From: Narcine bancroftii
Taxonomy: Eukaryota
DNA length: 64,000 nt
Direction of reading: 5' to 3'
Assembly: GCF_036971445.1 (NCBI RefSeq)
Contig: NC_091471.1
Span: 132,990,001 to 133,054,000, forward strand
Positions 10,591 to 23,339 of this stretch are shown one piece after another. Within the stretch, counting starts at the first letter, position 1. Every line of letters begins with the position of its first letter. The translations under genes were made by a program, and so were the position numbers. Below the pieces are notes generated by a model. The model saw nothing but the letters and a program-made list of their open reading frames with translations, was not told the origin of the DNA and made no database searches.

Positions 10591-12774
10591 TGCTCATATG
10601 GGCCATGGCAAAGAACACAAAAAGTAGAGAAGGAGTAGTCTTTAGGCTCATCGAGCCTGTTCCATCATTCAATAACATCATGGCTGATCTGTCTATGGAC
10701 TCAGATATTCTTGAGGCTGATTTATTTAGGTTCTAGTCAATAATTACCTTCTTTGAGGTTGTCATTCCCTGAGAATGTTGAACAACACAAACTAGTCCAA
10801 GACTGATTATTTTCCAACATATTATTCAAGATGCAAATTGTACTGAACACAGTTCACATCAACACACATTGCTAGTTCTAATGTCATGGTGGGTGAGTTA
10901 TTAATGAAGTGTTTAGGCTCAGGACATTGCCCTGTGAGGCTTCCACATGACCATTTGCAGCTGATAGGACTGGCCTTCAACGACCACAATCAAGATTCTT
11001 TTTACAAGGGACAACTCCAGCCAGTTGAGATTTCCTCCTTAATTACCAACAACTTCAGTTTTGGTAGGGACCTTTGTCATTCTGTCAAATACCATCTTTC
11101 TTGTTGGAACAATCATCTTTATCTTGATAGTATTTGGCTTTTATCCAAGTTTGACCAGGCTGCACTGAGAGCCAAGTGGTCCTTTCACAACTCAACCAGA
11201 AACCAGACTTGATTAGTGACATTTAAGGTCTTGTCATCAGTTCACTAAATGTCTGAGAGCAGACTGCTGAGGCAGCACTTATCCAAATGAGATACATGTC
11301 ACATTCAGCAAACAGGACATAATTAGGTGACTTTCCACATTGTCAGGTAGATTCCAGCATTACTAGGATACCTCAGGAAGAGCATCTCCACTTCTGGGGT
11401 ACAAATCTTCATTAGCACCTCCAAAACTCTTCAAGGCACAATATATTCAGGCATCTAATTAAATAGCATTTGGTTTTTAAAAAAATGTCTGAATATCAAC
11501 CAGCAATGGAATTTCCAAAGATTCTGGCTGTCAACAGGTGTAATCAATTCTGTGCTGCCATCTTCCATCAATGTTAATGGAGCCTTCTGTTAACTAATGA
11601 ATTGTCTACTGCCATTTACAACTGGATACCCCTATCGGAACCATTCATTGGTTACTTAGGGAAGTTACAGTGAGCAGTTTCTGCTGTTTAACAACCAGAG
11701 CCAGAGTTTGTTTGATTGAATCTTCCCATTTGCATTTTCAAGATGTTGAAACAAGAGTTTGAAAGTGTTCAGATCAGAGGTATCAATACATTTCCAAAAG
11801 GAATCAAGTATTTGCTTTTCAGGTTGAATTGAGAGCAAGCTGGAAATGTACAGAAACTAAGGGTAGTGAATCCTCCTTTCAATCCAAAGTTATTCAGTGC
11901 TTATGCTGATCCAGTTTTCAAAGTCCATCAAAAATTGATGTTGGTCTTATTGCAAAAGACCTTTATTTTGCTGCTTTTTAATTTTTTTCCACTAAACTGT
12001 GCCATCTCCTCTCTCATGTTACACAATTTGGACACAAATTGTTCTATTTACGCATTGCAGCATTGTTTATCTACAGCATATTTAATGTTGAGGAAATCTT
12101 GTTGCACTTTTCCTCAGCTGAGATACCAGTAGTTTCTGTTAATGAGCTTACTTTTTCTCATTGCTTTGTGATTGGTCTTTTCACATTCAAATCAGTTGAA
12201 AAAAATTTATAGAAATCAAACATCCAAGTCTTAAAATGATGACTGCTACCCTGCCTCCAGTCAAGGAGGTCATGATAACATTGCCCTTCACTGGGTCCTG
12301 ACACATTGAATCAAAGAAATCTAGCATGCTAAATTCCAAGGAAAACAATATTGTTTTATGTGCAGTTAATTCAAGGAACATTATTGGACAAGATCTTCCA
12401 AAGATACACTGGCAGCTCCTGCCAGAGGATGCAGCCTTTAGTCATTAGAAATGTGGACAGCCAGCATGACACCACATGTCAGAGTATAGCCCCTATATAG
12501 TGATCTAGACCAGCCATTTCAACAGGGACCATACAGACCTCCTGGCGCAATTAAGTAAAAGCCTAATTTTCTTTTTGCCTGCATAACAAATTTTTTTTAA
12601 AATATTGTTGGTAAGAGAGAAGAATTGAAGTAACCAAAACATTGACTGCTTCACAGGGATGGGGGTGCATAAACTTTGAGCAGAGTCCTGGGAGGGCTAC
12701 AGCCAAATAAAGGTCAACAATGCCTGATCGACACAGAACTAATACGATTTGCTGAAACTATTCTACAGACCAGC

Positions 12775-13023
12775 NNNNNNNNNNNNNNNNNNNNNNNNNN
12801 NNNNNNNNNNNNNNNNNNNNNNNNNNNNNNNNNNNNNNNNNNNNNNNNNNNNNNNNNNNNNNNNNNNNNNNNNNNNNNNNNNNNNNNNNNNNNNNNNNNN
12901 NNNNNNNNNNNNNNNNNNNNNNNNNNNNNNNNNNNNNNNNNNNNNNNNNNNNNNNNNNNNNNNNNNNNNNNNNNNNNNNNNNNNNNNNNNNNNNNNNNNN
13001 NNNNNNNNNNNNNNNNNNNNNNN
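12775..13023. other. Assembly gap (249 N) in ANXA5 last intron
   Basis: Run of N bases. Confidence 1.
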
Positions 13024-13624
13024 TTTGCAGTTATTTGGGGTCTTTTCACATCAAGGTGTCCTAATATATTTTACAATCAATTAAGCATCTTACAGAACAC
13101 TGCTTTAATTTCCAAGTTATTCTGTATACAAGAATAAATTACTCCTTTCTCCTATCCTTCTCTTCCTGTTAATAATTTATTGTTGAATTTCACCCGTCTT
13201 TCGAGCTCCATCATGATTTGGATATTTTTGAAGTGTTATTTTTATTTTAAAATTCAGCATTACTTGACAATTCCATTTTCAGACCGGGGTACTGAATGTA
13301 TCATTAAAGTCAATGTTATAATGAAAAGAAGTAGGCCCTTCAACTCACTACTACCACATCCATGCTGACCATTTTTGCCCTTTACATATTTAAGCATCTG
13401 ATCAAAGCCTCAAACACAGCAATAGTCTTCAATTCCAGCACCTTCTCTAGCAGCATGTTCCAGATGTCAATGATTCTTTATTTAAAATATCTTTAAGGGC
13501 TCTTTAAATCTCCTCCTCTCACTTTTAAACATACTTTCACATCCACCATTAAGTTCATAATATATTATTAGGTGACTGATCAATTTTCTTTATTACAGGG
13601 TAACATTCTATTTTATTGTCATAC

Positions 13625-13749
13625 CTTGATCATACTCTGGAGAGATTTTCCATAGTTTCTCTGGAATACTTTACGAATATCCAATAGATCAACTTCGCTC
13701 CTTGATATCATAAATCCTGATAAGTGTGTCATCATCTGTGCCCACTTCC
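13625..13749 (-). CDS. ANXA5: ANXA5 exon 12 equivalent; 125 bp as assembled, 123 bp expected. Corrected translation: [41 protein letters not shown]
   Basis: Repeat IV motifs are recovered after removing one base at 13746-13747 and one at 13712-13714; aag/gtatga sites. Confidence 0.88.
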
Positions 13750-14955
13750 CTTGTTTTAAAAAAAAACAGAAACCTCTCAAATACAACTACTTTCAACAAA
13801 ATCAGATCTGGCAATGTTTTGAAATTTATGGAACATTCTCAATAAAAAGACTTCTAAAGATCAAGGTAAAATAATTAGCACACAATATAGTATTTGGATA
13901 GTAAAATTAACTACAGAGCCAACACTCCAGCAAGTCTGAGCCTGATAATATAAGCTTCCTTTTGATTTATGCTCTACTGGAAAATACCTGCCAATTGGAA
14001 ACTATACTTGCCAAAATGTGCACACTCATGTCAAGCATTTTAACTAATAGCTACATTCCCTGGTAAAGGTATCATCACAAAACTTGTTAAAAAAATAGCT
14101 ATAGTTCTGCACTGAACTTCCAAAAGCATCAGGATATTTAGAACTTCCAAGAGAAAGTCCAAAACTTTCTGACACATTCCAACAGAAATTTCCTGGCTCT
14201 ACTCATACAGAACCAGATTAGATCTGGAAGCAGGAACAATAATCAATTCATTTCATGGAGAAGAACAACTACAAAGGAGAAGGATAAATAAAAAACAATT
14301 ATATTTATTGAATGAATAGGATTTGTTTTAATTGTTTAAAGGTTTGTGTTTAATTACAATTTAAAACAACTACATTTTTGTAAATAGATTATTATTTTTA
14401 AAATACATATGCCAGGGGGTTTCTGTTACATTTAAAGTTCTTGACATCTGGAAGAACGATGGAATACCAGACAACAAAAGGTCAAAGATCTTTCAGAAAT
14501 TTAATAGGTAGGGGCTAATGTTGCATCCATTTAACCAGACTGCAATATTTTGCCTTAAAATTTTGGCTGCGACATTTTCAGGCAAGAAGAAATACAAATA
14601 AATTTCTGGCTCTTTTCACCTCTACAAAGTCCCTTCTTGAAAGTTTCTAGATACAGGTTAGACAATTTAAATACAATGAGCTGAAATTATAAAATAAGAA
14701 CGTGAATTACGGATATGATTTACAGTTTGTGTTTTTGTTGCATTGAATGTTTTATTAATTCTATATTATTATCCATATCATCTTATTGAATTATATTTTC
14801 TGTACATGTTCTATATTAAATTAATAAAAATATTTTAAAAAGAAAGAAAAACACAAAAATGTTGGAAGAACTCAGCAGATATTAGAGTGTCCATAGGAAG
14901 TAAAGGTAGAAAATCAAAGTTTTTGGCCTATAATCTTTACCTTCTATGGATGCTG

Positions 14956-15162
14956 TGCAGTGAACTGGGATTCACTGGTAGGGTGTTGTGCTGATGGCTG
15001 GCCCTGCTTCCTGGATCTGCCCCCATCTGCTCACATATAACCCTGCTTTCCTGCCTAAACCCAGAACCCTTCTGAAGACTACTGTGAGACCCTACCCATT
15101 GTTATAAGGTAATAAAAGCGTTTGTTCTCCCTCCAGTCATGAGAGCTTTTATTCACGTTACA
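14956..15162 (+). mobile_element. Solo LTR inserted in a Penelope-derived hairpin (about 14851-15200)
   Basis: TG...CA ends with short inverted termini, TATAA and AATAAA; no clean TSD. Confidence 0.6.
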
Positions 15163-15747
15163 CGACCTGCTGTGTTCCTTCTGCATTTTTATTTGTTTTT
15201 CCACGCAGAAAACACTAGGGTCGGGATTAACCCAGGAGCTGAAAGGCAGAAGCACAAGCTGTTGTGCTGACTTACTTACCTAATGGTTTATGGTCAGAGA
15301 TAAGATGAATGTCGAAGACAACCTTTTACTTCCTTCAGAAAATTTTCAGGAAGTCTATAATCTCATAATTCCATTCCTCTCCACCACCTCCCCCCCCCCA
15401 AAAAAAAAAACCCACTTAATGATATTTATTCCAAAATAAATGACAACGGTCACTTTCCTTTTATCAGAGAGGATTAAACACAAGCAAGTATCAAGGTGAA
15501 TGCTGGCACCATTAGCACAAAAGAGTATTTTTGGGGTATGGATCAACAATTTATTCCTCCAGACCAATATTTGATGACCAAGTTTTTAAAAAATATATAA
15601 ATAGAAATACATATTGACTTCAAATACACCTTTGTTCTGCTTAATTTCACTTATTACCTTCTTTTGTAAAGGTCAAAAGTGAGCAACTGATCAAGAATCA
15701 GTATTTACAAACTGCTTTCTTGATGTTACTTTTATCTTTTTAGACTA

Positions 15748-16091
15748 TGTTAGGTCTGCTTTGTTCGAGAATGAGTGAGTCAGACACCAGACTGAGTCGA
15801 AATCAAGGTTCTTTATTACCGGATTGTAACACTTGCAACTAACAGTGTTAGTTGGAGAAGCCGCATTCTCCTGATATCAGCAAGTGGTGTTTTTTTATAC
15901 CTCAGGACACACACTTAGTAAATTATCATACCATTACACTGTCCAATGAATAACTCTCTGTTAGTCTGCTGCTCATCAGCTTGTTATTGCCACACTTATC
16001 TTGAGCATACAAGGTCACACCTGCATCCTGTTACTCCTTAGTACTGGGTGATTCCTTCTCCGGTCCCATCTCATGATGTTTTTACCTTACA
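15748..16091 (-). mobile_element. Solo LTR with 4-bp TSD ACTA
   Basis: tgttagg...ccttaca termini; acta at 15744-15747 and 16092-16095; minus-strand AATAAA and TATA. Confidence 0.8.
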
Positions 16092-16406
16092 ACTAGGGCA
16101 CTGAATGTATCATTAGAGTTAACATTATAATGGCCTTCAACCCAGCACGTCCATGCTGACCATTTTTGTAATCCAGACTAACTATGCTTTACCTAGTTAA
16201 GTGTCTGATCATAGCCTCAAACAATAGTAAAAGTCTTCACTTCCTGACAGCAGGTTCCAAAGCATATTAAAAAAATTTACACTCCCTCCATAGCAACTTG
16301 CATTTTCATTTATCTCAAGGAAATAGGTACAAAACTGAATATTGTTTATATTTAAAAAACCTTTAATAGCTCAATCTCAAATAAATGAATTAATCAGTCA
16401 ACAGAC

Positions 16407-16465
16407 CTTCATAGCATTGTAGAGCATTTCTGCAAAATACTCAGGAACACCTCTTATACACTTCA
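16407..16465 (-). CDS. ANXA5: ANXA5 exon 11 equivalent (59 bp): (V)KCIRGVPEYFAEMLYNAMK
   Basis: 59 bp; cag/gtctgt sites; annexin P-x-Y-F-A-E-x-L-Y-x-A-M-K. Confidence 0.93.
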
Positions 16466-17068
16466 CTGAAATAGAAGACAAAAGCACAATTTGTGTGTAT
16501 ATTATTACTGTCATTTCCTCTCCTCTACCCACAAAGGCCAACTAATTTAAAAGTGCACCCACAATGGGTACACAAGAATTAGATTTCCATTAACTAATAT
16601 GAACAATTATTGATAATAGCTCATCAATCCAGTTGGCCATAGTTGAGGTAACTAGTGTAGAAACATTGATAGTGAAATAAAGACAGTTAAACACAAGGAT
16701 TAGAAATATACATTGGTTTAAAAATGGGCAGCACAGTTAGTACAGCAGTTAGTGCAATGCTATTATAGCGACAGCAAATTGGGTTCGAAACCGGCACTGT
16801 CAGTAAGGAGTTTGTATTATCTCCCGGTGACTTATGTGGGTTTCTTCAAAGAGCTCAGGTTTCCTCCCACCCTCCAAAAAAGTATAAGGTTTGTAGGTTA
16901 ATTGGTATATTTGGGCACCACATGGTCATGAAGCAGAAGGGCCTGTTACCTTTCTGCTTATCTGATTTTTTTTATATGTTGGAAGTGGTTACTGTAGTGT
17001 ATAAATCAGTGGAATTGAATGGCCTGGTTACACACTATTGTACAACAGTACAAGCTCTTACTGCTTAC

Positions 17069-17164
17069 CAACTGCTAGCAAGGCACTCCTCAGATTTCCA
17101 GATGTCTCAGAAGCAATGCTTTCTTCTATTTGGTAGCCCGAGATTTTCATATACTCTGCAAAAA
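17069..17164 (-). CDS. ANXA5: ANXA5 exon 10 equivalent (96 bp): (V)FAEYMKISGYQIEESIASETSGNLRSALLAV
   Basis: YMxISGxQIEExIxxETSGNL is diagnostic of A5 (human YMTISGFQIEETIDRETSGNL); 96 bp; tag/gtaagc sites. Confidence 0.95.
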
Positions 17165-17859
17165 CTAAGAAATCACATTAAAACAGCTATAATTTCAAAC
17201 AATTAAAGAATAGCACTTTCTTTCAGGAATACAAAAACACCTGCATATTTGAAACTTAAAACTTTTAAGCTGTTTTTAAACTTGGCAGGTGAAGCACATA
17301 AACTTTCACCAATTCATCTGTGAAGGCAAACAGATGATCAATATTTCAGGTTGAGATCCTGCATCAGGACAGGGCAGACTAGTGATTAAGATGGTCTTGC
17401 AACATTCACAGAATATGCTTCTTATATTCTCTGATGTCTATGATCCCCAATCCCAAAAAGAGCAATTGCAACAAAGATTGGAAACATCATGTGCAAGTAA
17501 ATTCACTTTCCTTAGGACAGTGCAGCATAAGAATAGCATAAGAATAGGCCTTTTAACCAATGTTACCTGACAAATTTTAACTCATCCCATCTGTCAACAC
17601 AGTCCATTTTTTTTCCCATTCCCTTCCTGTTTATATGCCTCCTTACTGTTCCCACAGTATCTGCTTCCACCACTTCACCTGGCTACATATTCCAGGCACC
17701 TACCAATTTGTGTAAAAGAAAAAAAATGTCTGAAATCTCCTTTAAACTTTCCACTCTCACCTTCAACTCATGCCTGCTACCATTTAACATTTCCACTCTG
17801 GAACAGTCCTTTGAACATCTATGCCTCTCGTAGTTTTAGATATTTGTATCAGTGTGATA

Positions 17860-19407
17860 CAGACTGCTCAAACTACAGGGGAATTACGCTGCTCTCCATT
17901 GCAGGCAAAATCTTCGCTAGGATTCTCCTAAATAGAATAATACCTAGTGTCGCTGAGAATATTCTCCCAGAATCACAGTGCGGCTTTCGCGCAAACAGAG
18001 GAACCACTGACATGGTCTTTGCCCTCAGACAGCTCCAAGAAAAGTGCAGAGAACAAAACAAAGGACTCTACATCACCTTTGTTGACCTCACCAAAGCCTT
18101 CGACACCGTGAGCAGGAAACGCTTTGGCAAATACTAGAGCGCATCGGATGCCCCCCAAAGTTCCTCAACGTGATTATCCAACTGCACGAAAACCAACAAG
18201 GTCGGGTCAGATACAGCAATGAGCTCTCTGAACCCTTCTCCATTAACAATGGCGTGAAGCAAGGCTGCGTTCTCACACCAACCCTCTTTTTCAATCTTCT
18301 TCAGCATGATGCTGAACCAAGCCATGAAAGACCTCAACAATGAAGACTCTGTTTACATCTGGTACCGCACGGATGGCAGTCTCTTCAATCTGAGGCGCCT
18401 GCAAGCTCACACCAAGACACAAGAGAAACTTGTCCGTGAACTACTCTTTGCAGATGATGCCACTTTAGTTGCCCATTCAGAGCCAGCTCTTCAGCGCTTG
18501 ACGTCCTGTTTTGCAGAAACTGCCAAAATGTTTGGCCTGGAAGTCAGCCTGAAGAAAACTGAGGTCCTCCATCAGCCAGCTCCCCACCATGACTACCAGC
18601 CCCCCCACATCTCCATCGGGCACACAAAACTCAAATCGGTCAACCAGTTACCTATCTCGGCTGCACCATTCATCAGATGCAAGGATCGACAACGAGATAT
18701 GACAACAGACTCGCCAAGGCAAATAGCGCCTTTGGAAGGCTACACAAAAGAGTCTGGGAAAACAACCCAACTGAAAAACCGCACAAAGATAAGCGTATAC
18801 AGAGCCGTTGTCATACCCACACTCCTGTTCGGCTCCAAATCATGGGTCCTCTACCGGCATCACCTACGGCTCCTAGAACGCTTCCACCAGCGTTGTCTCC
18901 ACTCCATCCTCAACATTCATTGGAGCGCTTTCATTCCCTAACGTCGAAGTACTCGAGATGTCAGAGGTCGACAGCATCGAGTCCATGCTGCTGAAGATCC
19001 AGCTGCGCTGGGTGGGTCACGGCTCCAGAATGGAGGACCATCGCCTTCCCAAGATCGTGTTATATGGCGAGCTCTCCACTGGCCACCGTGACAGAGGTGC
19101 ACCAAAGAGGTACAAGGTCTGCCTAAAGAAATCTCTTGGTGCCTGCCACATTGACCACCGCCAGTGGGGCTTATATCGCCTCAAACCGTGCATCTTGGCA
19201 CCATCACAGTTCGGCGGGCAGCAACCTCCTTTGAAGAAGGACCGCAGAGCCCACCTCACTGACAAAAGCCAAAGGAGAAAAACCCAACACCCAACCCGAA
19301 CCAACCAATTTTCCCCTGCAACCGCTGCAACCGTGTCTGCCTGTCCTGCATCGGACTTGTCAGCCACAAACGAGCCTGCAGCTGATGTGGACATTTACCC
19401 CTCCATA
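17860..19407 (+). mobile_element. 5'-truncated RTE (BovB-like) LINE: RT and C-terminal region, frameshifted
   Basis: NYRGITLLS, LPESQCGFR, FVDLTKAFD, LFADD motifs; 12-bp TSD atcagtgtgata. Confidence 0.92.
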
Positions 19408-19412
19408 ATCAG

Positions 19413-22400
19413 TGTGATAGTACAGACCTATCACCAATGTATATAGATACAGTATCTAGAGTGTAATGACTGTGCTTACAGCGATTGGCTGAGAGCTTAG
19501 CCACGCCTACTGTCTGGGCCTTAAAGGGTTGTGTCCCTAGCCAGTCGGATCATTCCGGACTGGTCGGCCACCTGTGAAGAGCTCCTGTCTTTTGCTAATA
19601 AAACCTTGGTTTGGATCAACAAGTCTTTGGTTCTTTCGACAAGCTCTACAATTTTATTAGCAAAAATAATTTTTTTTTAAAAAAGGGATGGAGCATCTGA
19701 CTCGGCTAGAAAAACTTGACATCGACCCACAGTCAGCTACAGCCTTCAAAGCGTTTAGGTTCTGGCTGATGAACTTTGAAAAGTTCCTAACGCTCATTGA
19801 CGTGGAGGAGGATAACCAGTGTCTAACAGCATTGCTGTCTATGGTGTCCTTGAGAGTCTACGAGAACATCCAGGATGAGCCACTTACACCGCAGCCATAA
19901 AGGTACTGAAAGAACTGTACGATCAACCAATGAACAGAGTTCATGCCCGGCTCGTGCTTGCATTGAGGAAGCAACAGCCCGGCGAGTTCCAGCAGGGCAT
20001 ATTTACAAGTAGTAAAGGCGTTGGGCAAGGACTGTAACTGTGTGGACAAAACTGCTGCCGAGATCACAAACGATCTCGTCCGGGATACCTATGTGGCCGG
20101 GCTCCGATCGAACGAAGTGAGGCTGCGCTTGCTCGAGCAAGGGGTAGAAAAACTAGAGTACGTGGCCTGTATTGCAATCACAATGGAGGATGCAGCCTTA
20201 AAGTCAAACAAGTTTTCTAGGACTGGACCCCACGTTCTGATGTGAGTAGAGTGCCCTTCTACCCTACCACCCCCCGAGATACTGACGGCCTGTCGGCTGC
20301 TGCTACACTGCCCCCTGCGAACCCAAATGTTATTTCTGTGGGAGGGACAAGCACAGCAGGTCCCAGTGCCCAGCAAGAAAAGCCAGGTGCCAGAAGTGCC
20401 TTAAAAAGGGCCACTTTGCTGCAGTCTGTAGGTCTAAAATGGCCCGCCGGCAAACACAGTGCTTTGTGTGAAGCCCAAACGCCACTATCCCATCAAACAC
20501 TTCTTCCCCAGAGCTCTCGTCCAATGAGAGCGAGGGCTCCCCTGCACGGCAACGCCTGACATCACGGAGACGCCGAACCCGGAAGGGGCAGCCCACCCTC
20601 GCAACCATGATATTGGCCCACCTCTCGCCCACGTGCAGAACACTCGACCCAGCCTCGGCACCAACTGTAGAGCCCGCTATTGCCACTGCCACAGCCACCC
20701 CCGGGGCCGACGACGCCGCTGCCGCTGCCACCGAAACAGCCACAGCCACCCCCGAAGATGATGCTACTGCTACCACTGCCCGCTCCCCTGCTGCTGCTGC
20801 CCACGCTGCCACCGGTGCGGCCACCGCGACCGACTGGGGACCCGCAGCGGCCAACCAGGTACTCGCCCTAGTGTCCATCGCTGATGACCACTGAGGCCCG
20901 ACTGCCGCGACCGATGACCTACCCACCGCCAACCGCGAGCAACAAACCCCACTACTTACCATTCATCCGCCGACGCCGCCACAACACCACCTCCGGGAGT
21001 ACCTGCAACCTGCTTCTCCAGTGCTGACTGCGTCTGTGACGTCATCCCATTGCATGACGTCAACACGCAGAACTCCCCTGTCAACAGGATCAGTGGCTGC
21101 TTCTATCACACTAAATCAGCAATGCTCTCATCCCCTCACTAAAGCAATGGATCTGATTAAAGTGCATGGACACTACACCAATTACTTATTTAACTCTGGG
21201 TCAACTGACAGTTTTATCCGGCCAGATCTGGCCCTCCGTTGCGGATTTGACATTATCCCCACTGCCCAGAGGATCTCATTAGCGACGAGGTCGCACTCGA
21301 CCAGGATAAAGGGGTATTGCATCACCATGTTGGAAGTACAGGGGGTAACGGTCACCCACTTCAAATTATTCATCCTTCCCCAATTGTGCGCCCCAGCGTT
21401 GCTGGGATTAGACTTCCAGTGTCAGTTTCGAATGGTGTCCCTACACTTTGGGAGACCCCATGCCCCCATCTCGGTCTGCCATCGCCCCACCCCTGAAGCA
21501 CCCGAGCAACCCGTCCCCGTGCCCCAGGGCCACTCCTGCGGCCTTTCCACACTCCGGATTACCCCGCCAGCACGCTTCACAAACCTCACCCCTGGCTGGA
21601 AGCCTGTGGCCACCAAAAGTTGGCAATATAGTTACAAAAACAGGCAATTCATTAGGAGTGAGGTGCGTAGATTGCTGGATGAGGGCATCATCGAACCCAG
21701 TTCAAGTCCCTGGAGAGCCCAGGTGGTGGTTGTCAAGAACAGGGAAAAGCTACGGATGGTGGTCGACTAGAGCCAGACGATTAACCGCTTCATGCTCCTG
21801 GATGCGTAACCCCTGGCACGCATCACGGCTGTCTTGAACCAGATCGCCCAATACCGCATATTCTCCACCATTGACCTATATTCGGCCTACCACCAGCTCC
21901 TGATCCGCTGTGAGGACCGACCATTCACGGCCTTCGAAGTGAATGGGCGGCTGCATCAATTTCTCAGGGTACCATTCGGGGTCACGAATGGTGTCGCGGT
22001 CTTCCAGCTGGAAATGGACCAGATGGTGGACCAGAACGGGCTAACTGCTACCTTCCCGTATCTGGACAATGTCACCATCTGCGGCCACGACACTCAGGAC
22101 CATGACGCCAACCTAGACAAATTTCTTCAAACTGCCGGTCGGCTGAACCTGACCTACAATTCTTCCGGACCACACAACTCACGATTCTAGGTTGCGTGGT
22201 GGAGAACGGGGTAGTGATGCCAGATCCTGACTGCATGCGTCCCCTAATGGACTTACCCCACCCCCCATACCCAGAAAGCGCTCAAACGCTGCCTGGGCTT
22301 TTCTCATATTACGCCCAATGGGTTCCACACTACACCGACAAGGCGTGTCCTCTTATCAAGACCACCTCCTTTCCCTCTCGACCGAAGCCAAAGCGGCTTT

Positions 22401-22971
22401 CGATTGAATCAAATCCGACATCGCCGCTGCACTGCTGCACGCGATCGATGAGTCTGTCCCATTTCAAGTCTTCGCCCTGGCAGCCACCTTGAACCAGGCC
22501 GGTTGGCCTGTAGCCTTCTTCTCCAGAACCCTCCAGGGTCCAGAGAGTAGACACTCCTTGGTCGAGAAGGAGGCCCAGGCCATAGTTGAAGCGGTGCGTT
22601 GTTGGAGACATTACCTCGCTGGGAGGCGCTTTACACTGTTGACTGATCAACGGGCGGTCTCCTTCATGTTCAGCAACACCCTTCAGCCCTTCCACCCCAG
22701 GGTCAATTCTCCAAGAAGGGATGAATGTGATAGTACAGAACTATCACCAATGTATATAGTTACAGTATCTAGAGTATGTATGTAATGACTGTGCTTACAA
22801 CAATTGGCTGAGAATTTAGCCATGCCTACTGTCTGGGCCTTAAAGGGTTGTGTCCCTAGCCAGGTCGGATCATTCCGGACTGGTCGGCCACCTGTGAAGA
22901 GCTCCTGTCTTTTACTAATAAAAGCCTTGGTTTGGATCAACAAGTCTTTGGTTCTTTCGACGAGCTCTACA
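19413..22971 (+). mobile_element. Gypsy (Mag-like) LTR retrotransposon, integrase deleted; LTRs 19413-19650 and 22726-22971; TSD ATCAG
   Basis: LTRs differ by about 9 substitutions and 3 indels by eye. Gag has two CCHC knuckles (CYFCGRDKHSRSQC; CQKCLKKGHFAAVC); protease NSG; RT YLDN; RNase H; purine tract before the 3' LTR. Confidence 0.95.
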
Positions 22972-23339
22972 ATCAGTTTACCCTATTCTACTTTAACAAA
23001 CTTTTTTGATCATCCATCTCAATCAGTTATGTGGCTTAGCATCACTTTTTCCAGCTCAGCTAAATGCACCAAATAAATTAAAGTTGTAGGGCTTCACCTG
23101 TTGCATAAATGGTACCAATACCACAATGACATCTTAAATTTAAACAGCACAGTAACAGAACCTGTGCCACCCAATTAACCTACAACCCCTGGTACATTTT
23201 AAAGGATGGGAGGAAAGTGGAGCACCCGGAAAAAACACACGTGGACATGAGAAGAACATACAAACTCTTTACAGACAGCATGGGATTCAAAACCTGGCCC
23301 CGATTGCTGGTGGTGTAACAGCATTGTGCCAACTGCTAT

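Noticed and set aside
12676-13137. ORFs spanning X runs
   Set aside because: Artefacts of the 249-N gap.
20330-20962. Ala/Thr/Pro-rich ORFs on both strands
   Set aside because: GC-rich low-complexity (gccac/gcc) linker between Gypsy gag and protease; not host genes.
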